This document shows, piece after piece, positions 39,801 to 50,850 of a stretch of 63,938 nucleotides of DNA. Made by a program: the position numbers and the translations under genes. Source of the stretch: Geosiphon pyriformis uo1 (Eukaryota > Fungi > Glomeromycota); the NCBI GenBank assembly GCA_016748015.1, contig JAAOMT010000176.1:62001-125938 (forward strand). Reading direction: 5' to 3'. The notes beneath the pieces were generated by a model that saw only the letters and a program-made list of their open reading frames with translations, ran no database searches and was not told the origin of the DNA. Numbering within the stretch: the stretch's first letter is position 1; each line of letters opens with the position of its first letter.

Positions 39801-41370
39801 ATATAAAGATTTTGAAATATAACAAAGTCTGTTATTATCAAATTATATGTATTAATTTTTAATTTTTATTAGTGTTTTTTAGTTTGTTAAGATTTTTTTA
39901 TATCAAATTTAATTAAACAATTAAATTGTACTATATTTTTTTATTATTATTAAGCTAATTGCTAATTTTTCATTTTATTTTTTTGCTAGTTAATTTTATT
40001 AATTAAACATAATGATGTAGGTTTTTTTTACATAATTTTAATAATAATTTTTATAATATGTGTTGTAATTTTTGTATTAAAAAACTGTAAAAATCTTTAA
40101 TAACAATGTTTTTTAAGTAAGAAAACAATTGATTATATGGTTATTTTGTGGCAAATATGTGGTCTTAAAATTAAAAATAGTGTTGAAAAAATTAGATTGT
40201 TTTTAAGTAAGTTTATTTTTGATTTTAGAAATTTAAATAATATTATTAAAAAACTTAATAAGTTGGTTTTTTTTAACTTCTTTTAGTTTAGCTTAATTGG
40301 TGTTTTAACTAACTTGAATATTTGATTACATGTAAAAAATGCATGATTAATATTTAATTTAAGTTATTTAGTTTAATATATTGTATTAAATAGTTTTTTA
40401 ACATACTTAGTTATAACATAATAATAAAAAAACTAATAAAAAAAATGGTATTTTTTAAAAAAAAACAAAAAACAAATGTAAAAACATATTTATAATAAAC
40501 AAATATTTGTAAATTATTTTAATAAAATTAAAATATTAAGCATATTTGGTTTAAAATAAATAAATATTTATTAATTTAAGTTTAAATAGTTAATTATATA
40601 TAAAATACATAAATTAAGTTTATAATTTAATTTATAAAAGTAAAAATAATTTAAGTAATTAATAAAATTATATTTAATTAAAATATAAAAAAAACATCAA
40701 ATATATAAAAAACTTAAAATATTATCTTAAATACAATTTTATAATTAAAAATCAAGAAATTTAAATTTTAATATTTATAATAATAATAATAATAATATTT
40801 AAAAGTTTTTTATTAAATATAATTTTTATATAATATATTTATTTATAATAATAACAAAATAAATTAACAATATTTTTATTATTATTTATTTTATAAATAT
40901 GATATAATTATTATCTAATATATATAAACAAACTAAATATTTATTTATTATATATAACTAGTTATTTAGGCCAATTAAAATTATACTATATACTTATTAT
41001 TATATTAATATAATTACTTAAATTACAAAAAAAAATATTGATTATATAATTCAAAATTGACAGTAAAAGCTTTATTAATACTTAATAATTAAATAATTTT
41101 ATTTAATAAATCTGCTATTAAATCATATAAATTATAAAAAACAGAATATAAATTATTCACCAAACTTTTTTTTATTGTTGTTTTATATTTAGATCTATAT
41201 AACCAAATCTTTTTTTATAATTCTTTAATAATTAATAAATAAGTACAACTAAAGATATTTAAGTTAATTTGATATTTTTAAAAACTACTAATACATTAAT
41301 ATATCAATTATTAAAAACCATATCTTTGCATAAAATTATATAAATTAAGTTATCTAAAATACCAGAAATT
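35850..41370. repeat. Second AT-rich desert, including (AAT)n at about 36811-36850
   Basis: About 5.5 kb strongly depleted of G/C and CpG. Confidence 0.7.
36900..40400 (+). mobile_element. Hypermutated fossil retroelement, probably LINE (ORF1 zinc knuckle readable); limits approximate
   Basis: 38297-38368 reads I**KTFKYYYYYKCQNLNHLSVN*. Reversing G>A gives IWWE...C-Y-K-C-x4-H-x4-(C), a CCHC knuckle, preceded by an RRM-like stretch (GCIAFKISNIISQIG..ICFI...VVIF). Confidence 0.5.
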
Positions 41371-41376
41371 ATAGAA

Positions 41377-42213
41377 TGTTGTCACTCATAGAAATATAAA
41401 AAATAAATTAGCATGATTATTAGCCAATCAGAAGTAGACATAGTAAATGTGGAATTTCAGGATTCCTTTCAGGAATTACAGGATTCCAGAAATTACAGAA
41501 TTTTCACACAAGAAATTGCAGGATTCCAGAATTCCAGGATTCCTCTCAAAGAAATTGCAAGATTCTAAGAATTCCAAGATTCCTGTCATGAAGAATTGAG
41601 GAATTAAGGAATCTCAATTATATATATATAGCAGTAGTATTAGAAGCTGAAAAAACAGACCTCTCAGTTTAGATTTAATCTAAGCAACTCTCCAAATCAC
41701 AATCATTTAATAAATAATTATTTGTTATCTCAAAAACCACATCTATTATCAACTATTCATGTTGATAGTAATTGATACTTAACCACACTGGAACAATAGT
41801 TCTTGATCATTGCTATTAATGGAATACTAAATTTGCAAATTGCCTTGGCTTATTTTTTTATATTTCTTTATTTTCTTTATTTTTTTTTGATTTTGTTATT
41901 GTACACTAACCAATTGATTAAAAGCGCTGATTACTAACATCAAAGATTGTCTGGTAAAAGACTCCTGTAAATGAGTAGGACACGTACAAAAGATATGAAT
42001 TACTTACCAGAGGATTGCTGGCCACCAAGCTGAGAAAAAAATTGACAGACTTGCGAATCTGAGAAGCTATAGATAAAACAAATATTGAAGACTCATTTGG
42101 AAAACCTTTAGATACCAACCACTTAAAGATATTATCAACAATGCGAGTAGCTTTTGAGCACCAAGTTATAGGTTTGTTATTTGACCTGAGACCCTAAATA
42201 ATCAATTATAACA
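41377..42213 (+). repeat. 5' LTR of element A (about 837 bp)
   Basis: Starts TGTTG and ends TAACA; CCAAT at about 41423, TATA run at about 41618; homologous to the reverse complement of 45657-46472 and 54907-55740. Confidence 0.9.
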
Positions 42214-42215
42214 TT

Positions 42216-42232
42216 TGGTGCTTCCTGTGAGA
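42216..42232 (+). other. Primer-binding site of element A (TGGTGCTTCCTGTGAGA)
   Basis: Begins TGG 2 nt after the LTR end; resembles the complement of an elongator tRNA-Met or tRNA-Ile(UAU) 3' end (identity inferred). Confidence 0.75.
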
Positions 42233-45200
42233 TATAATTTTACAGAGAACCAGCACCAACAAACACCATCCAAAAGTGGCAGAATCAGAAAATATAGGAG
42301 CAAACCATTTAGGATTCGCAAAATCCTTATTTCAACACTATTATCAACACTTGAAATTAAACCACAATCATATATCCACTGAATCAGCCTTTAATTTCTA
42401 CATCAATAAAAAGATTTCCTCTTTGTTAGGAACACCAGTAAATACTGAATCAGCAAGAAAAACTTTCTACAGAGAATTAATTCAAAACACCAACCTACCA
42501 ACAAATCATAATTTCACATCCATTATCACTGAGATCAACAAAGAAATTGAACATCACACCCAATAAAGATATCCAATTACATATGCTAGTAAAGGCAAAG
42601 GAAAACTACAAACACCAGCAGTAACTCCCAAAAAAATACAACTACCTACTTGGAAGAAGACAAAAGTTGAATCACCAACCAATCTATCTTATCACTATAC
42701 ATCTGGAAGTGCCATCAACATTTTATCAACAGGCGTGTCCACATCAAATGTGACATCAGTATTTGGACAATTTTTATTCCAAAGTAAACAAAGGAAAACA
42801 GAATTATTAGGACCATATGGCAAATACTTCGAAGGATTTAAATTGCGATTACCAACACCATCAGGAATTTGATTACTACTGCTTCAACCAGACTTTGGAA
42901 CCACTACCCCATAAGAACTATCTGAAGAAAAAGAGGAAAAAAATTGGAAGATCAAGAATTTACTTATCAGAACCTGATCACTGAAAACCCAAAAGTTGAA
43001 ACACTGAATCTTCAAACCCAGCAAAATTTAAATTTAGAAAACCTGGAAATCAAAACTCTGAATATTCAATCACCACCAAATCAGAACAATCAGAATTCCA
43101 ATCTAATTAATCAACCAGACTTATCTCCCATTATCATCATTAACCCACTATTAGTTGAACCGATTGGCCAGCCACCACAACAATTACACCAGCAGATTCA
43201 ACAACCACTAGTATCACTTTAACAACCACCACAACCCAACTTAGATCCAATGGCATACGCACCAATAGCCAAACTCAAGAAATTTACTGGCAAAGAAGAT
43301 GATGCTTAAGCCTGGATCAATGACGTCGCCAAAGCAATTACTGCCAATAACTGGGATGATGCCAGAACCATGCAAGTTATCTCCTATTTTTTCAAAGACA
43401 CAGCAGACTCTTGGTATCACAGTCTAGTCCAGAAACCTCAAAACTTTAATGCCTTCAAATTAGAATTTTTGAGGTATTTTAGTGATAACAACAGCATCAA
43501 CTGCTTGGCAAGTACTTTTACCACCATCAAACAAGGAGACACAGAAGCAGTTACCACTTACTTGGGATGCTTCCATAGAAATCTGTGCCAAATTTAGGCA
43601 ATCCAAGCTGACTACTTTACAATGCCACAGATCTTGAACCAATTCATCCGAGAATTGTGCAGTAGCATCCTCCAGCAAGTACATCCAATACATCCAGTTG
43701 ATTTCCCAACTGCTATAACTCATGCCAAAGATTTTAAAGCCACCAAGTTAGAAGCTAATCATGCCCAAGCTGTGAATTTAGTAATGAATGGATCATCTGA
43801 CCTGAATTCTAAGCTAAAACAATTTAGTGACAACATTAATCAGAAATTAGAAGGCTACTTAGCTGACAATTGTGCAATTTATCAGCCACCTCAATGATGT
43901 AATGATTTAGGAAATGCGAATCATTTCCAGAATCAATCATGTCCAGGATTGTCCACTAATCAGTCATGACAGCCAGAAACATGTGTCTATTACAACTGTG
44001 GTAAACAAGGACATATTAGGACAAACTGCCATATTTATAGCAATCCACAATCAGGAAATCATTATTGAAACTCCGATCACTGGTTTTAGACTCCAAATCA
44101 CCAATTCAATCAAGAGCAATATCAAAATGCTTATCTGTCTATGACGCAGCAACCAATTTATCAGCCAACAATATATCAACTGCCAATTTATCAGCTGCAG
44201 CCACCAACAATTTATCAACCACAGCCACAAGTCATTTATCAGCCGCAGCCTCAAGTAATTTATCAACCCCAACAAATTCAAACGCCACACCAAAACTCAG
44301 CTATAATGACATCAGAAAATCTGAGATCCAGAATCACCCAAAACTGGAGATCAGTAATGGTTGTTTATTAACTGATCCCCAGTTCATCAGGCCAACAATC
44401 AGGATTTCGTCAGTAGGATTCGGGTATTGGTTTCACCCAAAACCTGAATTCCCAGAACTATTTAAGTCTCTTGGTTACCCCAGAAGATGTCACCTCCAAC
44501 AACCCAGAACTCGATCAACAACCAACAATACTTACCAACAACATCCCACCAGCAATCGTCACCAATGATGAGTCTTTAGCAGCCATCTTTCTATTTAAAC
44601 TCAAGGAAGTTACATCAGTTCCCTTATTCAGTAGAGCAGCTCTAGAAGAAAAACCCATTATTGCCATGTACACTGATGCAAAAGTCGATAGCCACTCCAT
44701 CAAGTTAATTCTTGACAGTGGTTCAGCAGGCAGCATCATTACACAACAACTCATGGATCAATTAGGTCACTAAGTTGATTGAGCTGCTAACACTAGAATC
44801 ATCACTGCTGATGGTGCCACAAAAATGCCTATTAGTGAAATCAATGACTTTCCAATTGAAGTTAATGACATCATTACTTTCATCAAAGTCTTAGTGATGG
44901 AAACAACCCAATACCAAGCACTAGTGAGCAATGATTGGTTGTCTAAAAACAATGCCATCCTTAACTGGACTACACAGGAGCTCCAGCTCAGCCAAAATGG
45001 CCAACACACACAAATACCGGCAACATGTGACTATTTCAAACCTAACAACATTACAATATCAGCACTGCTTATTGACCTTGAGAAGAAAAAACTAAAGCCT
45101 ACTTGGGAGGCATACCAAGTATTGTGGGCCGATGTTGACCACAACAAACTATTGCCAATACTCACCTGAAACAATGATAACAATAGAAAGGAGGAACAAA

Positions 45201-45656
45201 GAAAAAAACCTACCTATGGAACCACTATCAACACTTGGACCAATAACAAAGACCATTATGAACTACCACCAATACTATCATGAGACAACAACTCTAAGAG
45301 AAAGCAAAGAGAGGAACTTACCTGGGAAATGGACGACCTGACCTGGACTGACAATAATAAAAGAGAACCAACACCAAGCTGAAAATAGGAAGAAAGCAAC
45401 AAAGGGAAAGGAAAAACGAAAGAAGAAGAGCCACTGCCAACAAATCCATATACCTTCTATCAATACACAACACCACAACAATTCACTTATCACTGACTCA
45501 AACTAGTGTGCATCAATTGTGGCAAGAAATTGTTGTCAATGGGTGTATGCTGTGGTAATGATAAAGAATATCAGATGGCAACCAAGTTCTATTGCCATGC
45601 ATGCCTTGTCGAATGTTTTGGAAGACCAAAATGAGTGGGAAAATGGAATAATACAC

Positions 45657-46472
45657 TGTTACAGTTGATTATTTGGGGTCTCAAATCAAATAACAAACCT
45701 GTAACTTGGTGCTCAATTGATATAATGTTGTTGATAATATCTGAAGGTATTGTTATCTAAAAATTTTAATTGAACTGAAGGTTTTGTTGTGGAGTTTTTT
45801 GTATAATAGACAGAGATTCAATGGTAATAGTTTTATCCATAGCTTCCCAAAACCGCAGTTTTGTCAATTTTTTTCTTAGCTTGATGGCTGGTATTCCTCC
45901 TGGTAAACTATTCTTAATTGAGTGTTTTACCCTTATTTCTGGGTCTTTTACCAGTCACGTTTATCCTGACATTAGTGTCTGTGTATTAATTCTCAATAGA
46001 GTTAGTAAACAACAATAAAATTAAAGCAGAAAATAAAGAAAAAAAAGAAATAAGCCAAGGTGATTTTACAAGGTAATATTCCATCAATAGTCATGATCAA
46101 GAGCTATTGTTCCAGTGTGGTTAAGTATCAATTACTATCAACATGAAGTGTTGATAGTGAAAATGGATTTTGAGATAACAAATAGTTATTTATTAGATGA
46201 TTGTGATTTGGAGAGTTGCTTAGATTAAATCTAAACTGAGAGGTCTGTCTTTTCAACTTTTAATTCTACTGCTATATATACATAATTGAGATTCCTTAAT
46301 TCTTCAATTTTTCACAACAGAAATCCTGGAATTTCTGAAATCCTGCAATTCTTTTGAGAGGATTCTGTAATTCCTGAGAGGAATCCTGGAATTTCACATT
46401 TTACTACATCTACTTCTGATTGGCTAATAACTATGCTAATCTCTATTTTCTATATTTCTATGAGTAACATTA
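45657..46472 (-). repeat. 3' LTR of element B (about 816 bp), preceded on the - strand by PPT AAAAGGTGAGAA (46473-46484)
   Basis: Direct repeat of 54907-55740. Confidence 0.92.
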
Positions 46473-46482
46473 TTCTCACCTT

Positions 46483-47132
46483 TTAATATTGAGCTCCATC
46501 AAAATCTAACTTGTTTAATTCCCCCTTTTGAAGTATTTCCTGGATTTTGTTTTCAAGAATTACTTGTGTTATTTGAGTCTGTAATTTTTCAAATTGAGCA
46601 TTGGTAATTTTTCCCAATTGATTACTGGTAACCATATCCATGGCTTTGTTGAGTAATATTTCCAGTCTATTCTGAAATACTGTGTATATTCAGTATATAG
46701 CTCGAGCTTGTGTGGATAAGTTGTTTTTCTCCACAAAATGTTCTAGTTGTTGTAGTATTGTTGTATCAAATAACTGCTTTGTTTTATCCGTATATAAGTT
46801 CTAAATATTCACGTGTTGTCCTAAGTAAAAATAACAATAGTTTTTTGGAAATTGTTGTATCCACCAATTCCAAGTTTCATTAGTCAACTCTTGATATATT
46901 GACTCTTTTGTTGATTCTTTTATTGCCAATTTTACTTTTGCAATGATTTTGTTGATGGTATTTTCGGTTTTCTGTGTTGTACTGTCTTTCTGGTATTTTG
47001 ATATCGAATGGTTTGTTGATTGATTGTAATTTCCATTTCTTGGTGTTGGATCAATTGAAAAAGTTGTTGTGCTAGTAAGTGAATGTTGTCTGTAATTTCC
47101 ATTTTTCTGTTATTTCCTGTTGTGTCTACTAT
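46483..47132 (-). pseudogene. ORF3 of element B (extra ORF between integrase and PPT), frameshifted
   Basis: Homologous to 55751-56410; ETWNWWIQQFP..YCYFYLGQH..., ending GAQY* at the PPT. Confidence 0.7.
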
Positions 47133-50100
47133 GTCTTTATATTTTTTTGATGGATCAATTTTACGTGTTGTTGTTGATGATAATGATTGGTTCCAGATTT
47201 CATGGAATCTCATCTGGTTGGACTAGTATTCTTTGTACCCCTAATTGTGGAATATTATTGATGGAGTGTGATGTAGTGTTGTGGTATGGTTTCAGTTGAT
47301 CTTTATGTGCTGCTTTGGTTAAGATTTTGTTATTTAGTCTTAATTTGTAAGCTCTATTTCTTAGAATTTCTTCTATGTGAAATGGTTTATTCCATTTGAA
47401 GTCAAATTTTCCACTCCATTGTTTTTCCGCTTTGGTACAATGTAAGAGTACTTTGTCTCCAATTTTGAATTTAACTGGTTTGTCTGATAGTTGACTATTG
47501 TGTCTTTTTTTCTGTTTTTCTTGTGACTTTTGAATATTATCAGCTGCTCTTCTTCGTTTGTTTTTCAATGTTTCCATTAAGTCATATGTTCTTCTCAGCA
47601 ATGTTTCTTGAAAATTTTTTTCTGTTATTGGTTCAGCTGAATATGTATTAATTTCTCTCTCTACTGGTAATGTTGCTGTTCTCCCATACACTAATTCAAA
47701 TGGTGTTGCTTGTATAGTATCTTGTTTTATTGTCTGATAAGCAAATAGTACTGATGGTATGAACAAATTCCAATCATTCTGGTTTTCTTGGCTAAGCTTA
47801 ACTATTGTTTCACACAATGTTCTGTTGAATCTTTTGATTAATCTGTTAGTTTGTGGATGGTATGGTGATAATAATGATCTCTTAATTCCGAATCTTTGGC
47901 TCAATTCTGTTAATGTTCTGTTCACAAAATGAGTTCCTTGGTCTGATAATAATTCTTTTGGACATCCATGTCGACAAATCAAATCCTAATAAATGAATTC
48001 GGCAACGGATTCTGCATCCACTCTTTGAATTGCTTTTGCCTTTGGCTATTTAGTGAGATAGTCCATAGCTACTGCTATGTATCTGTTTCTTCTGCTGGTG
48101 AATGTTAATGGTCTGACTAAATCAATTTCAATACGGTCAAATGATTGTCTCACTTTGATTGGTTTTATGGTTTACTAGATCTTGTTCCTCCTCTTTGCTG
48201 ACAAGTATCACAATTTTGAACATATTGAATGATGTCTGAATACATTGATGGCCAATAGTATTTTTTTCTGGTTTTTTCTATGGTTGCTTCTTTGTGAAAA
48301 TGTTCTGCTGTTGGATTTGAGTACATGTTGAATAATATTGTCTCTTTTTCTGGCTCTGTAATTACTTTGGTTGGTTGATCTGAATTTTTTCAGTTCTTCC
48401 AATAAAGTATATTTTGGTAAGTGATAAAATATTTTAATTGTTGTTTGATACTCTTTCATTTCGTTTGAGATAAATTCTCCTTGAATTGTTGAGTGGTTAT
48501 ATAATGTTAAAGTTGTTAATATTTTTGTATGTTCATCTTTTATTGTATTTTTTGTTGGTATTGTTCTGGTTTTGTTATATTTTTGGGTTTGAAATGTTTT
48601 TAGATTTGTTTTATTCACAACAAACTGTCAGCATTTCCATTGTCTTTTTCTTTCTTATAGTGTATAGTATAAGTATATCATGAGAGTATCATTTTCCATC
48701 TGGATTGGCGACCATCATCACATTCTTGCTTTTAAAGTAATGTTAATCCTTTATGATCTGTATATATATCAAATTTTTGGCTCAAGTATTTGTTCCACTT
48801 CATGACTGCCTAATAGATTGTTAAGTGTTCTTGTTCTAGTGTTCCATAGTTTTTTTCAGCTGGTGTTAGATCTTGGCTGGCATATGTTATTAGATGTTCT
48901 CTGCCATTTGGTCTTTTCTGAGATAGTACTGCTCTCAATGCTTGGCTGGATGCATTGGTAGTAATGATGAATGATTTGCTGTGATCTGGATAGATCAGTA
49001 CTAAAGCTTGAATGAGCTTTTTTTTCAGAATATCAAAAGCTTCTTGTTGACTTTCTGTCTATTTATATTTTGTATTCTTGGTTTGCAGTTGGTTGAGTGG
49101 CTGTGCTATCTTGGAAAAGTTCTTGATAAAATGTTGGTAGTAGCTGGCGAATCCCAAGAATGATTTCAGTTCTGTCATATTGGTCAGCACTAAAAAGTTC
49201 TTTACTATCTCTATTTTCTCTGGATTCGTTTTAATGCCATCTTTGCTAATTATGTGTCCCAAGAATTTTAGTTCTGTTTTGCCAAAGAAGCACTTTGTTG
49301 CATTTAACTTTAGTCCTGCTCTTCTTAGTCTTTCGAACACTTACTGTAGATGATGTAGATGATCATCGAATGTCTTTGAGAATACATTGGTGTCATCTAA
49401 GTAGACAACTACTGATTTCCATAGTAAGCTGGTATACACAATTTCCATTAGCCATTGAAAAGTGGCTGGAACATTGGTTAAGCCAAATGGCATCACTTCA
49501 AATTCGAAATTCTCTTCTCTAGTGGTGAATGCTATTTTTTCTTTGTCGGCTGAATCTATGGCTACTTGCCAATAACCACTGTCCAAGTCTAATGTTGAGA
49601 ACCATTTGTTTCCACCAAAAGTGTCGAATAATTCCTGTATTCATGAAGTTGGATAGCTGTCTCCACAAGTTACACTATTGAGTTTCCTGTAGTTCACACA
49701 AAATCAGATTTTGCCATTCTTCTTATGGACAAGTACCACTGGTGACAACCAGGGGCTTATTGATGGTTAGATTAGCCCGTTGTCAAGCATTCAGTTTATC
49801 TCTTAACAAATAATCTCGTGGCTGGCTGGTGGCACTCTGTATGCTCTTTGTTTAATTGGCATTGTATCTCCAGTCTTGATTTGATGCTGGATGATATCAG
49901 TTTGGCCAAACTCATTTTCGCTGGCAAAGATGTTATTGAACTGGTTGAGCAATATCTTGAGCTGCATACGTTGAAGTAGATCTAAATTTCCCATGTTTAT
50001 TTGTTCCAATTGTTTTGGTTGGAACAAATAATATTTGCTTCATCTGTATATTGTTTGTGATGTGATATCAACATATCCACAAAGCTGTGAAAAGTCTGGA

Positions 50101-50434
50101 ATGGTGCTTGGTGGTTGATTTTCTATTTCTGTAGTCAAATATCCAATGGTGGTTCCTTCTGGTATCTGGACGACACTTCCAGTATTATTGTAGATGGGAA
50201 TTTTTATGCAGCTATAATTTTTGGCTGGTATGTGAAGATTGATAAGTCCAATCTCTTCTGACTTGCAAAGGCTTGCTTCTGCTTCAAAAATTTGGTTTTG
50301 ATCTTTCACCTTCCTTTCTATTTCTACCATGTATTGGTCATATAGTAGAATAAAAATTGCTTGACCGATTGAGATAATTTTTTCTTGGCCAACAATTTCT
50401 TTCTCCACCATATTAACTGGTACATCTATTCTAC

Positions 50435-50850
50435 ATGTTGACCCAAATCCCTGTATTTCTCTTGCTGTTATTCCTAACTCTTCCCTATTTCTCATTAGTA
50501 CTAACTAAGCTATTTTAACCAATGGTAAGAATATTGCTTGTGCTATCTTTTCATTTGGCTCTATTATATAGGCCTTTTCTGAATCATTTTGTAACATGAT
50601 GATGATATTTCCTACATATTCCACATTAATTATTCCTCCTCTTATGTTTATCCTTCTTTTTGCTAAACTACTCCTGGATGCTAGTTGAACTATTGTTGTT
50701 GCTGGAATTTCTAAAGCTACTTTTAGATTAATGCAGGTGTGCAACAGTAATTCCAATTTGATGACCTCTTTTCCAGGATATCTCAGATCAAATCTGGCAT
50801 CTATATCATGCACGTGTTCTGGCATAATACCTTTGTTGTTATCACTGAAC
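50435..50850 (-). pseudogene. dUTPase domain within the pol polyprotein of element B
   Basis: All five trimeric dUTPase motifs, partly decayed: DARFDLR, LASRSSLA, GGIINVEYVGNI, EKIAQAIF and, after one TAG, AREIQGFGST. Confidence 0.88.

Larger units (their letters stand above)
41377..45656 (+). mobile_element. Ty3/Gypsy element A: 5' LTR + PBS + decayed gag, protease and Cys-rich region, interrupted at 45656 by element B/C
   Basis: TG...CA LTR, PBS, capsid MAYAPIAKLKKFTG, zinc knuckle (C)YNCGKQGHIRTNC, protease LILDSGSAGS; many stops. Confidence 0.9.

Noticed and set aside
44065-44568. Overlapping 167-aa ORF suggesting a programmed gag-pol frameshift
   Set aside because: Gag and protease are in the same frame in A (44141/44471) and D (58800/60621); this ORF is an off-frame reading of the YQP repeats.
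46483-47132. ORF3 as a retroviral envelope gene
   Set aside because: No signal peptide, furin site or transmembrane anchor visible.
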